64,000 nt of DNA from Lingula anatina (lineage: Eukaryota > Animalia > Brachiopoda), in the NCBI GenBank assembly GCA_051362555.1, contig CM120640.1:55096788-55160787 (forward strand), read 5' to 3'. The notes beneath the pieces were generated by a model. The model was given only the letters and a program-made list of their open reading frames with translations. It made no database searches and was not told the origin of the DNA. Of the stretch, positions 14,594 to 26,480 are shown piece by piece. The position numbers were made by a program, and so were the translations under genes. The stretch's first letter is position 1; each line of letters starts with the position of its first letter.

Positions 14594-14808
14594 GGCCCCA
14601 TTCCCATGGACACCATTGGTCTACGTACAGAGTACATCAATCCAATTCTGCAATGACTCCTGCTGAATAAAATCAGATTAACACACCTCCTGGCATTAAG
14701 TAGAATACAGAAAGGCTGGTGATTATATGATTACATTCAAAACAAGAGGGAATCCCCACAGGGTTGGATCGATCTACTTAGACCCATGGTGCCTATATGA
14801 ATGGAGTC
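14594..14808. mobile_element. Second, related MITE abutting the first
   Basis: TAA-ggccccattccca...atgaatggagtc-TAA, with imperfect inverted arms (gacaccattggtcta / tagacccatggtgcc). Confidence 0.5.
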
Positions 14809-14949
14809 TAAAAGATATATAAAAATAAACAGGGACTAACTTTGAATGTTGTCATTAAAGCAATAATAACTCTTCCTTTGAGATTCAAAATTCTGCAAGA
14901 AATACATTGTAAACAAAGCATGGAAATATATTCTATTGCATTTTACCAC

Positions 14950-15480
14950 TAAAACGGCCGTTATTGTAGTAAAACTAAAATCTGTGCTTGTCAATAGGGC
15001 TTTCGATGCCTTTCTTCTCGGTCGTCAAGGCATCTGTTGCCAATGATGTTGGGATGTCACGCGGATTCTCGCGTTGATTCGAGACCAAAATAACTTCTGG
15101 CACGAAAAGCCTGATGCAATACGCAGACGTAAGTTGCGAGTTTTTGTACAGTGCGCTGGATAACGAAAAGCCCAGAATAGCACACATTGTAGATATAAAT
15201 GCATTTTGAGCAATAAGACGTATATATTTTATGAATCTTGTATTATTGTTATGTAGTGTTGTTGTTGTCTGCTTTTCCTGCAGTTTTAAGTAGGTCACAA
15301 GAAACTATCGCTCGATATCACGTGACTATGCAATGTCAGAGTGGGCTCCGTCAGTTAAAATCTCTTAAGAGATTTTAACAAAAAACCAAACGTTTAGGAA
15401 AAAACCCTGGACTAACTTTGAATGCAGGAATGGGGTCACTGACCATTGGTAAGTACGGGAAAATTGCCGTTTACTCCAGG
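14950..15480. promoter_or_regulatory. CpG-retaining promoter-like island with a probable non-coding first exon (~15351-15448) of the PX-SH3-SH2 gene
   Basis: CpG-rich island within CpG-poor flanks. E-box TCACGTGAC at ~15318, initiator-like TCAGTT at 15351, strong donor G|gtaagt at 15449. Confidence 0.45.
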
Positions 15481-16405
15481 AAAATCCAATTTTTTGGTAA
15501 AAATGAACAGTTGTTATCCTTTTAAAAAAAGCTATATATCTCACCAGGCCTTCTTATGGCAATTTCTAGCCATTTTTTCATACTTTTGAAGAAGTCAATC
15601 TGTTGCCTTGTTGTGTTTTAAAAAGTTACCTGCTATTTGGTTGGCTCTTTTTAGTTAAAATCATAATCAGATGGCCTGCTGAGATACCTGTAGTACAGGT
15701 TGTATGTACTAGATTTGGTTTAGCCATTTCCATTGGAAAATGGCCTTTATTTGATTTATATGGTTGACATTTTTTATCTAAATGAAGAGAGGGCAAGCAA
15801 TAGGAAGTGATGCATACTGGTCTGGTGTAAAGAGCTAGTTATGTAATATATAGAAATGTCCCTCTCCTCTTTCACTATAGTCACTTATTCTGTTATCTCA
15901 TCCATGTAGTTACATATGTGTACCTCCCATTTTAACATGTGTGGGACAGTATTTTGGAAATAAAGACTGTTTGTTGCAATTGTTTTCCTTCTGCTTTTTT
16001 GTGCATGCATGTGTTTTATTCTAAGGAAGGTTCAAGCTCATATTCTTGTAATAAATCTTTGCTACAAAGTCTTATAACAAATTTTGGTCACACACAGATT
16101 TTCTACCTTGAGCTTCTATTTTTATGAGCACCAGTTTCTTCATTTTCAAATTTAAATGTCAAAATGAAGAAGGTGGTCCTTATCATTTTTAAGCCTGGGT
16201 TATAATATTTTTATCAGTTGTTAAAGAATGTATTTTGTGTTTATTTTAATTATAAAAATGTTTTGTAATTTATAGCTTTGCTTGTTTTTGACAATGTGCC
16301 AAGACCAAAGCGTACTGATTAATATGTGTCACAGTTTACTGCTATGGCCCCAACTCTTGTCTGATTTTTTGTGTCACAGCCTGCCACTAGGGGAGCCACA
16401 GTCAC

Positions 16406-16479
<74 letters not shown>

Positions 16480-18993
16480 GTAAGAGAGAGTAACTAAGAA
16501 AATTCTTCTAGAAGATTTTTTTACGTCAAATGGGATTTTTGAATTTTTACAAAGTAAATGCAAGGGTTGTGCTTATAAACTCAGTGCTTCAAGAATATCA
16601 GTTTTCTGCTCGCGCCATCCAGGTATATTCATCTGTTTACTATTTTTAGTGACTCAGAACTTTTCTGATTTTTTGTAAAAGTTTTGCACTTTTTACCAAA
16701 TTAAAATATGTTGGTTTCTTCTACCACCTAGGCTCACTGCAATGCAACTCAAATTTTGCTAAAATGTTAAAAAAAAGTTCAAGAGGCAATTTATAGGAGT
16801 TTTATATTAAAGCCTTAATTTTTTCTTTATTCTTTCAGATAACCCTAAACAATGTGTAAAGTTTCTGATATCATTTCAAGTTTTATTATTACTAAACCTG
16901 CCTATGAACTGTTTTTCAATGGATTTCAAACTACAAGGAATGCATTATAAGAACATTTCTTTGTTTGAGCCAAATAAGAGCTGCATTTAATCTGGACTCT
17001 ATGATACTTTTTTTTACATGGGCTAATTTTTTTATGTCGGAAATATAACTGAAGTCTATAACCAAATGTTATATGCATGCATATGATGCATTGTATGAAG
17101 TACAGTTATGATTATATAGGAAATTGATTCCCAATTATCCTGCAAATATTTTGACAACAGCAACTAATATATCTGGCAATTTTGATATACATGTGTGTTT
17201 TTCATACACTTCATGTATGTGACTGCTTATATTGGAATGTTAGAGAAATTTTGATTTCAATTTAACTTCACTCTTAATGACCTAGATGAAATAAATGATT
17301 TGATTTTCCTTTGAGTTTACCTTGCTCCTGAAACTTCCAGGGCTAGGAAAAATGAAAAGCAGTCCCCATTACACCTGTTATTAACAGGCAGTAGATGAGC
17401 AAGACCTGGAAGTTAGTCATAGTTATACAGAACTTGAAGTCAACAAGTTGTGATTAAAAAGGCACATGTTACCACATGGGTTGATCTAGGAGGTCAAACT
17501 TTATTTCATTTGTCTGTTTATTTTCACAGGGGCTATTATAATTCCAGACAGTTGCCATTTGCATTTGAGGAGAAGTCCTACCATTTGATTGTAGAGTTAT
17601 CTCGTCTTGATCATAAAATTATATACTATGGGTTATTTAGGAGCATAGGAAAAAAGCAAAAATGCAATACAAGTTTTTTATGTATAAAAAGTGATATCTA
17701 ATTATTTTTTCTTTTTACAATATCACTATAATACAGCTGGTAAGTTAATTTTGATAAAAAAATGGGAGAAGTGTTTATTTTCAAGGTTTTATTTTAATTC
17801 AGTGAATATTTAGATATATATGCATACCTTATATTTAGATATCATACTTGCATGACAAAATGAAAAGATCAATCCACTGTTGAAACAAATTGAATGATTC
17901 ACTTGTGTACAAATAATTTTTTTTTCTGGATTATATATGCTATACAGAAACTTGGATGAAACTTTCATGCTACTACTTTATTTTAACAGCTGCCAATACC
18001 TATCTTTAATGACAAACTTATTCTTTGAAATAACATCTAAGCTGTGTCAAGAGTTCAAAACTTAACTGCAGTTACCATGTCTGTGGACTTCAGTTGGCCT
18101 AAATTATCTGCCATAAACTTTGAGCAATTTTTCAGTTCAAGTCCAGTTGAGATATGCTTCTGAAATTGTGATAATAATGGCAGGTGAGAACTTCATCACC
18201 GTTAAAGTTATATGGTTATTTGGTCAACAAGTTGAAAGATATGTCTATCCGGACTGCCTGTTGATCAAATAACTAATAAACAAGTGCGAGGTCAAGGGGT
18301 TCCCTCTGGCAGACTCACTGTGAAGGAATTTCATGTAAACAAGTTAATTTTGGATATTTTTAGAGTTTCCAGTCTACATCATAGTAAACAGGAATAGTGT
18401 TTTGTTTGGACTAATATCTGTGTTACATTACAGTGATTGTGTACAGAAAGCTCTGGGCTCATTATCTCATTTGATGCAGTAGAGTGAGATTAGTCACTCC
18501 AGCATAGCTTAAATGGTCATGCTGTTAGGCTTGGTTAAGTCAGTCAGAGTCAGCAAGGGCTATGGGCAAGCCAATAAGGATAGGGGCTCTTAATCCTGTA
18601 TTAAACACTGAATATTGGGATTATTGGAAAGGACTTATAAGGTTGATAGCATAATATCACTAATCATTTTAGGTGCTACTTTACTGTACTGATGATATCA
18701 CTTGTATCACTTGCTGTCATGTTAAGATTTGAATAATGATTATTATCAGTTGGTGTGTAAATATACAAGGATAAATGTATGTATGTAATTCACTGGTTTA
18801 TAATACAGGAGGCATATTTTGGAAGTTAATATTGAGAATATATAAAAAAAAGGGACTCTGATTCCTAAGTTAATGATATAAGATGATTTTTAAATCAGTT
18901 TGTAACATCTCTGATGATACATGTATGTATCATTGGATGTCAGTTGTAGATTGTTTATTTTTAGACATACACCAGTGCCAGTTAGTTCAGGCC

Positions 18994-18995
18994 AA

Positions 18996-19077
<82 letters not shown>
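18994..19077. repeat. Compound (CT)n(AT)n(AG)n self-complementary microsatellite
   Basis: Seen directly. The CT and AG arms are reverse complements around an AT core. Confidence 0.9.
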
Positions 19078-19079
<2 letters not shown>

Positions 19080-19148
19080 ATTATTATTTAAAGCAATCTA
19101 CAGATTTTCTTCATTTTCCTTAGGAAACCCCATGCGAGTCTGAGCATA

Positions 19149-19226
19149 ATGCCTACAGATGGGAGACGGATAGACCGAATTGAGTGTATACAAGTAGAAA
19201 AGAGAAGCTACCCACAAAAACATCAC
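19149..19226 (+). CDS. PX-SH3-SH2 adaptor exon 1 (PX start)
   Basis: MPTDGRRIDRIECIQVEKRSYPQKHH, compare Tks5 VEKRRNPSKHY. Acceptor 19122-19123, donor gtaagt at 19227. Tiny uORF (MRV*) at 19132-19143. Confidence 0.88.
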
Positions 19227-20955
19227 GTAAGTTGACTTTTTTGATTTGCAGATTTCTTTGAAATGTATTGCTAATTTATTTTGTTGAAATACTTCAACAT
19301 AGGCTTGATAGAGTATTGGAAATGGCTTTATTATAGATTAAAAGTTCTCCAGATATTTAGAATTCAGTGTCTGTTATGCACTGTTAAATGTACCCTTTTA
19401 AGGACACGGGTCCTGTTGGTCATAGGTGGGATGGTCTGTATGGTCTGTGTTGGAGAAGTCGTGCTGTCATTTCATACTCCCTTATCAACTCGTTTTATGA
19501 CCATATCACATAAGGCTGTCACATAAACCACAGGAGTCAAACTTGATGATACTGACTTCTAGTGGTGTTCTTATAAGTTTATTGGCCTAAATTCATCCAG
19601 TGTTCAATTGATATATCATAATTTTTGAAAATGAAAAAAACTGTTTGTTTTATTTGTTCAATTTAGTTGAAACTTAATTTTTATTAATAAGTAAGGATTG
19701 CATATTGTGGTAATAAGCAAATTTCTTATACATGCATGTGCCCCAGCATCACCAGGAAGTATCATTTACTCTGTGATAATTTGTTTATATCTACAGGCAC
19801 TGTAGTTGGTTCAGTGCTCTTACAGAAATAAAAGGGTGAAGTGATGACTATGACGCACTTTGGCGTTTCTTGTGACATATGGCCCACCTATTCAGTTGTC
19901 AACATGTTTTATTGAAAAAAAAATTTAAATAAATAAGCAAAGCAAACCTCAGCATGTACTTACAAACAGAGGCTGGGTCCTTTGTGACAAATGATTTATG
20001 TCATGTTGATTTACACATACGTAAATCTTTCCATTTCAATCTTCCTTATTTTCAACTCACAACACAGAAAATATGTAGATCTACCATACAATATTTTCTG
20101 TTTGATTTTTCTTAAAGTATGCCTATCCATGTTTATATTCACAGTGGAATTTCAGATCCATGTTGTTTAGAAATCTGAATATAAACCAGCATCATAGGTA
20201 TCAAAGTTTATTAATTATAGAACAAATTATATATTCAATTCATTGGGTGCATACATATTGTAGACAATCTTAAAGTAATGATTTAAAAGAAGACACATCT
20301 TCTGGACTCCAGTCTCAGATTGGAACATCTGATGTTGAACTTGATAATTTTTGCACATATCTCCCTGAAGGTGGGCCCAGCTCAGGTCATGCTCCTGCAT
20401 ACCAGGTAGTGTGTCACAATGGCAGTGTATTTACCTGTATCACTGTCCTACCACTACCAGTCTGAAATGAATTCAAAAGAGCAAAAAAATAGATTAATGA
20501 AAGAGGTGGATACGTTGTGTAAGTATGAACTAGGTACCTTTAATTTCTTTTTCCAAAACAGGGAATGAGTAGGCCTGTAGAAAAAAACATCTAGTTCTGC
20601 GTCACTTCTGGTGACAGCGACACAATAGGTGTATACTTTAAAACAGCCATAACTGATCTAAATTTAGCTGCTCTACTATTACATCAACAGTTATTACACG
20701 AATATCAGATAAGTTTGCCAACTGATGTCCGTGAATAGAAAACAGTTATGCTATAAATAGCAAAGGGTTAGAAAAAGTCAAAAATGAATAAGAGTCACAC
20801 AATTGTCATTTGATGATAATCTGAAATGGATATTCAGAGTAGTCAGAGTTAATTGTATTATGGCAACACTCCTTCAATAATATGAAGTTAACATCCTTGT
20901 CAGACTTTTCATACCTGTCTTTTACAAAACAGGAATTAACATACTATTGACTGTG

Positions 20956-20957
<2 letters not shown>

Positions 20958-21026
<69 letters not shown>

Positions 21027-21031
21027 TTTTT
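20958..21031. repeat. (TA)n microsatellite plus T23 (LINE poly-A tail on the minus strand)
   Basis: Seen directly. Confidence 0.9.
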
Positions 21032-21125
21032 ATTGTCAATAATATCAGAAATATCAATCATCATACAGCATTTCGTTAACATACATAAAATATATACAGT
21101 GGGAAATAAGCACAATGTGAGGAGG

Positions 21126-23579
21126 TCACTGAAACACGTTACCCAACAAATTCCATCGTTCAGTATATTCTACATATTTTCCATTACTTATATATATGTA
21201 TTTTTCCATTTCGAAATAGTTTTTTAGTTTATTTTGTAGACCTTGAAAATCTAATCTTTTTTCATTCATTCTTTTTCCATATATATAATACTTCGTTACC
21301 AGTATGAGTATATTAATGGCTGCACATTTTATATCGTTTTTCAAAAACAATATATCTGCTAAAGAAAAATTAATATTCAAGAGTGCTTTCTCATTTATCA
21401 AGTTTTTTAAATCTTCCCATAACGGTTGAACCAAATCACAATAAAAGAACAAATGTTCAATGCTTTCATTTTCCTTTTCACAGAAAGAACACAATGAGCT
21501 ATCTTTAACCTTAATTCTTTTAAGAAATTCATTTGTTGCAATAATTCTATGTACTATTCTATATTGAAACCATCTTAAAGTCGTATCTTTCGTAAAGTAG
21601 AATATATTTTTATTTATCATAGTCCAGTCTAAGTTTTCATCAATATTTATTTTCATCTCCCATTTAGCCTCAGTTGCCGGTTTACAATACGCATTACTAA
21701 TCAATATGTCATATATTGACCGCGATCCCTTAGATTCTTTACAGATTATTTCTATAAATTTAGGTCTGTAGGGTAGCGCCAATTTGACGTTTTCTTCCCT
21801 TAGCTGTGGCCACCGTTGTGTAATTGCAGTCTTAACTCCGAGAAATAATGTAAACGGGCATTTAATGTCATACTGGGAACTAAATGATTCGAAAGAATGC
21901 GGTTTTCCACTATTTTCAAACAGGTCATTTACTATATTTACACCCCTGTCATTCCAAGACTTAAAATAAATATCATTATTATCTACCCTCACCTCTGAAC
22001 TATTCCATATAGGCTTTTTCAAAATATCTTTCAGATTATCTGAACTTGAGATATCTCTTTTAAACTCCGCGAGATAAAGAACGATTTCTTTCCAAAAATA
22101 ATTGGTCATGTTTTCCGCGCACCTAACCAAGTATAAGTCTCCCCGATCAATAAGTCGATTTATATTAATATTTTGTGTATCTATCATAAGTCTAACCCAA
22201 TCTGTGTCATTTTTTGTCATAAGTTTCCTTATCCAAGTTAATTTTAAGCTTTTTATAAACGTTTCTATGTCAATCATTCGACAGCCTCCACATTCTATTG
22301 GTTGAATAAGCACCTTCCTAGCTATCCTATCCCTTTTATTTTTCCAAACAAATTTAAAAAGCGCGTTTTCCAATCTCTTTATCGTTTCATCTTTTGGTTT
22401 AGGTAAGGAAATAAATAAGTGAGTAAATTTGGATAAAAGTAAAGTTTTCGTTACTGTAATTTTTCCCAAAGGGGTTAAATTTCTCCTATTCCAACACGTT
22501 ATTTCCTTTTCAACTTCCAATAATCTATCCGAGTAATTTAAGTCTTCAATATTTTCCAAATTTGCATTAAGTGTTATGCCTAAGGCCACAAAATTGCTAT
22601 TTGTCCACTGCAAATTATATTCGGGGCAAAGAACCTCGTCTGAACCGCGTTTAAGTCCGACCCAAATTGCTTTTGTTTTTTCTATGTTAGGTTTTAAGCC
22701 TGAAAATTTGAAATATTGTTCTAATAGATCGAGGGTGCTTTTCAAGCTATTTTCCGTGCCATCAAGGTATATCACCGTGTCGTCTGCGTACTGAGACAAG
22801 AGATATTCTTTTTCTCTGATACGAATTCCTTTAATGTTTCTATTATTTCTTAACAAAATGGCCATAATTTCTGCACATAGATTAAATAAATATGGTGAGA
22901 CGGGATCTCCTTGCCTGCATCCGCGCCCTATCTTAAAGAAGGTAGAAAAAATGCCGTTCTGAATAACGCAAAGGTTAACATTTTGATTCATTGTTTTTAC
23001 CCATCGTATGAGATCATGGCCAAAATTGAAATACTTTAGAACTTGATAAATAAACCTCCAAGAAATCGAATCGAATGCTTTTTCAAAATCAATGAGAAGA
23101 ATCATTCCAGGTATATTATAATTTTTACAGGCCTCAATTATGTCGTAAGTTATTCTTGTATTCTCCCCGATAAATCTACCTGACAAAAATCCTTTTTGGT
23201 TCTCATGCAATATTTCTGGGAGGATCGGTTTTATTCTATTTGCTATACAACTGGATATGATCTTATAGGTTACATTTAGTAGCGTGATTGGTCTCCAGTT
23301 TTTTAGATAATCTCGTGGTTTGTTTGGTTTAGGAAGTATATTTACAATTCCCTGTCTTTGTGTAATAGAGAATTCGCCCCTGTAAAATCCATAATTAATT
23401 GATCGTACAAAATAAGCTCCTAAATTTGTCCAAAAGAATTTGAAAAACTCAATCGTGAATCCATCTGGACCGGGAGTTTTATCATTTTTCATAGCCCGAA
23501 GGGCAGCACTAGCTATATTATATGTAATCTCTCCTTCCAGTCTTTGTGAAATAGTTTTGTTAATTTTATTGACCTTCAA
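21126..23579 (-). CDS. LINE ORF2 C-terminal part: reverse transcriptase plus zinc-binding domain
   Basis: 817-aa ORF with all RT motifs. The frame stays open upstream to ~23697 (IVTDQAEILSEIQNYYKQLY). Confidence 0.9.
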   Translation of the reverse strand: MKVNKINKTISQRLEGEITYNIASAALRAMKNDKTPGPDGFTIEFFKFFWTNLGAYFVRSINYGFYRGEFSITQRQGIVNILPKPNKPRDYLKNWRPITLLNVTYKIISSCIANRIKPILPEILHENQKGFLSGRFIGENTRITYDIIEACKNYNIPGMILLIDFEKAFDSISWRFIYQVLKYFNFGHDLIRWVKTMNQNVNLCVIQNGIFSTFFKIGRGCRQGDPVSPYLFNLCAEIMAILLRNNRNIKGIRIREKEYLLSQYADDTVIYLDGTENSLKSTLDLLEQYFKFSGLKPNIEKTKAIWVGLKRGSDEVLCPEYNLQWTNSNFVALGITLNANLENIEDLNYSDRLLEVEKEITCWNRRNLTPLGKITVTKTLLLSKFTHLFISLPKPKDETIKRLENALFKFVWKNKRDRIARKVLIQPIECGGCRMIDIETFIKSLKLTWIRKLMTKNDTDWVRLMIDTQNININRLIDRGDLYLVRCAENMTNYFWKEIVLYLAEFKRDISSSDNLKDILKKPIWNSSEVRVDNNDIYFKSWNDRGVNIVNDLFENSGKPHSFESFSSQYDIKCPFTLFLGVKTAITQRWPQLREENVKLALPYRPKFIEIICKESKGSRSIYDILISNAYCKPATEAKWEMKINIDENLDWTMINKNIFYFTKDTTLRWFQYRIVHRIIATNEFLKRIKVKDSSLCSFCEKENESIEHLFFYCDLVQPLWEDLKNLINEKALLNINFSLADILFLKNDIKCAAINILILVTKYYIYGKRMNEKRLDFQGLQNKLKNYFEMEKYIYISNGKYVEYTERWNLLGNVFQ

Positions 23580-23694
23580 GTCTTCTAAAGTAACTTCAAG
23601 ATCTACCTTTTCGAGAATGTCATCTTTAGATGCATATAGCTGTTTATAGTAATTTTGAATTTCAGAAAGAATCTCTGCCTGGTCTGTTACTATT

Positions 23695-24810
23695 TTATTT
23701 TTCGTTATTCCGCAACTTTGTTACTGTTTTATTAATATAGTTCCTTTTTTCCAAGGCACAAAAGTATTTACTAGGTTTTTCGCCATATTCGACCCACCTA
23801 ACGCGGGAGCGTACTATATTTCCCTTTAGTTTTTCTTTTCTAAGTTCCTCTAAGTCTCTTTTATATTGCGCTAATTCATCAATATTTTCATTATTTTGAT
23901 TTTCCAGTTTACTAATTTTTTCTATTAAATCATCCTCAGCCTTCTCCCTCTCTCTTTTCTTTGCCGATGCATAGGATATAGAATGTCCCCTTATATTTAA
24001 AAGAAGTTGCTCAAAAAAACGCTGGTCGTCAATAATAAACGATAGTATCTCATCGTCAATATTTGGCACAGCTTCTCTTAAAAAGGGAGTGGCCGCATAT
24101 TGCATTTTTGTTTCATTAATTACTTTACATACTAGATCTCTATACTCTTTATCTTTAAGAAGTAGGTTATTATGTTTCCAAAAGCCTTTACCGCGTTTAA
24201 AAGAAGTGAATTTCACAGTCATTTCTACTATAGCATGGTCTGTTCTATATCCTGGCTTGATTGCAATGTTTTCAATCATATTGAGTAATTCAGATGAAAT
24301 TAAAAAGAAGTCGAGTCTAGCTTTTTTAACTGGATTGCTAGCCCTCCATGTATACCTTTTCGCTTTACCATGTTTTAATCTCCAGGGATCATTTAAGTTG
24401 TGTTTAGCTTTTATCCCAAGTACCTTCTCTCTGGCTCTAGGATTATTCACAAACCTATAATTATAACAATCTAATTCTGGCTCCTGTACAAGGTTCCAAT
24501 CACCTGTAATCAACAAAAAATCATAATCTGAGTTAATTATACACTGATCAATATACTCATAAAATTCTGGCGTGTCCTTATTTGGACCATATATATTAAT
24601 TAGCAGCAAATTAAATTTCTCAAATAGTAAAATTTCTAAAATAAGAATATTTCCAATAGCATCGCATTTACTTGTTAACACTTTATACTCAAAAGTATTA
24701 CTAAACAATATCGCCACGCCTCGAGCATTTGATCTGCCTGGGCTTAAATAAATCTCAAAACCCCAACAACTTCTTATTGTATTTTTCTGGCTTTCCGTGA
24801 AATGCGTATC
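23695..24810 (-). pseudogene. LINE ORF2 N-terminal part: APE endonuclease (5'-truncated, separated from RT by a 1-nt frameshift)
   Basis: Frame reads DTHFTESQKNTIRSCWG...RGVAILF to LRNNEK*. Removing one base from the T5 run at 23698-23702 fuses it to the RT frame. Confidence 0.85.
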
Positions 24811-24899
24811 TGTGTAATATTTTGATATGATCCTTGCATGTTTGATCTATAAAAATATCATCATTCAAGTCAACCTCAAACTTTTTATTTTCATATCAG

Positions 24900-24980
24900 G
24901 TTTATGTTTTACAAGTTATATGGTCAGATGGAGAGAAGTATCCAATCTACAGAAAATACAGCCAGTTCTTCGACTTGAGG
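24900..24980 (+). CDS. PX-SH3-SH2 adaptor exon 2 (PX)
   Basis: VYVLQVIWSDGEKYPIYRKYSQFFDLR, compare Tks5 VYIINVTWSD..IYRRYSKFFDLQ. Phase 0-0. Confidence 0.92.
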
Positions 24981-25401
24981 GTAAGCTTTATTAGGAATTA
25001 AATTTGATGGATATTATTTAGTTTTTTGCATCCATCAGCCCCTGTGAAATTTGGTTGTGTCTATGTTTTCAACAAATTATACAACAGGTTTTTATTTTCA
25101 TTTGTCCAAAGCAAATAAACTTTAACAATCACTGAATACTTTTTCATGAGTTATATATTTGAATTCGCCTGTATTTTTTTTTTTTTTTTGGGGGGGGGGG
25201 CATGGCAAAACCTATGTCATTGTGGTAATCCTCTATCATCACTCATGGTGGTGGATGACCACAGAAATAATGCACTGTCAGAACTGTCAGACCAGTAAAC
25301 CAGCAACCTGTACTGATGTGTTCTGCAGGTAGATTACAGCGAAATACTGTTGAAAATAATCGTCTCAACTTACAATATATTTCCAATAAAAAGTAATTTT
25401 A

Positions 25402-25542
25402 GGCTGTGCTCAGATTAAAAATTATTGGTCCAGCAGGATCGATCTATCCAGCAGGAGTTTTCACTACAGCACAGTCAGTGTAATTAGCTAAATTGTCTGG
25501 CATGCCCCTGCTTGACCAATAACTTTTAATCTGAACACAACC
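25402..25542. mobile_element. Small Tourist-like MITE with TTA TSD
   Basis: ggctgtgctcagattaaaaattattggtccagcagg ... cctgcttgaccaataacttttaatctgaacacaacc, with TTA on both sides. Confidence 0.7.
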
Positions 25543-25849
25543 TTAAACACTAGAATACACATTTAATAAATGCAGTACAGTTTTCATTCTTTGTTTTTAA
25601 CTATGCTGCTAGTGCCATACAGTCTTGTTTTCACTATGTAAAATGTTAAGGATCTGTTACTTGTTTAACTCAGAATAACAGCATGGTAACAATTTGTAGC
25701 TGTCGGGTATGCATCTGTTTGAATTTTCTGTCAAATTCATTTGCCATGTATATATATCTCCTTTTGATTTAAGTTGTAGCCCGAAGCTATATACATGAGA
25801 TTAATTTATAATAGATTGATGTTTGCTTTATTCTCACTGTGTTTTTCAG

Positions 25850-25898
25850 GCTCAAATGAAGGAAGAACATGCTGATGCAGACATTCCAGAATTACCGG
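25850..25898 (+). CDS. PX-SH3-SH2 adaptor exon 3 (PX proline loop)
   Basis: AQMKEEHADADIPELP+G, compare IPFLPGK. Phase 0-1. Confidence 0.88.
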
Positions 25899-26104
25899 GT
25901 AAGAGAATAAAATCTGTGAACTTCCCTTGATCAGCATGTGTGATGCTCCTTACCAAGAATTTCCATTTTATTTCAAGATGGACTGAGATAATGTATAAGT
26001 GCATGGGGCATCTTCTTGAAGTACTTTCTCAGTGCAATTACTAAGTTAAAATTACTAATATTTCTTCACATTGCATGTAATTTAAATTTATTGCCTTTTT
26101 CCAG

Positions 26105-26187
26105 GTATATCTCTGTTTTTACGAGGAGGCCTTTTTCATGATCATGTCATAGAGAAGAAAAGAAAGTCAATAGAAGACTTTTGCCAG
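26105..26187 (+). CDS. PX-SH3-SH2 adaptor exon 4 (PX)
   Basis: ISLFLRGGLFHDHVIEKKRKSIEDFCQ. Phase 1-0. Confidence 0.88.
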
Positions 26188-26480
26188 GTTTGTATGTGCT
26201 CTTGTAGAATAATGAATGTCAAAATGGCTACGTACCTTAAGTGTCACTGTGAAAAATTGTGATTAGCTCTGATTTCCCCACACCTACAAGTAATCAGTGA
26301 ATAAAGGTTATTTGATATTTTCAAAGATACAAACAAAGTTGGTAATAATGTGGCATTGCGCTCCTTGATATAAAATGCCTTTCATCCAGTATGTTAATTT
26401 CTTAAATATTGCAACATTTTTGGACCATGCATCCATTGCAGTGAATCTCCCTCTCATAGTTCATGCTCTATTCCATCTAG

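Larger units (their letters stand above)
21009..24810 (-). mobile_element. 5'-truncated L1/Tx1-clade non-LTR retrotransposon in an intron, antisense to the host gene
   Basis: APE endonuclease (RGVAILF, NIYGPN, GDWN, ARLDFFLIS, TDH), RT (PGPDG, WRPITLLN, DFEKAFDS, GCRQGDPVSP, QYADD) and zf-RVT (CSFC..ESIEHLFFYC). AATAAA fused to the poly-A. TSD ctgtgtaatat at 20951-20961 and 24810-24820. Confidence 0.95.

Noticed and set aside
14975-15298. 107-aa minus-strand ORF over the promoter island
   Set aside because: No recognisable homology, non-ATG annotated start, and no phase-consistent downstream coding exons.
23690-23710. Programmed ribosomal frameshift between LINE EN and RT
   Set aside because: L1/Tx1 ORF2 is normally a single frame. 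One extra base in a homopolymer is better explained by mutation or sequencing error.
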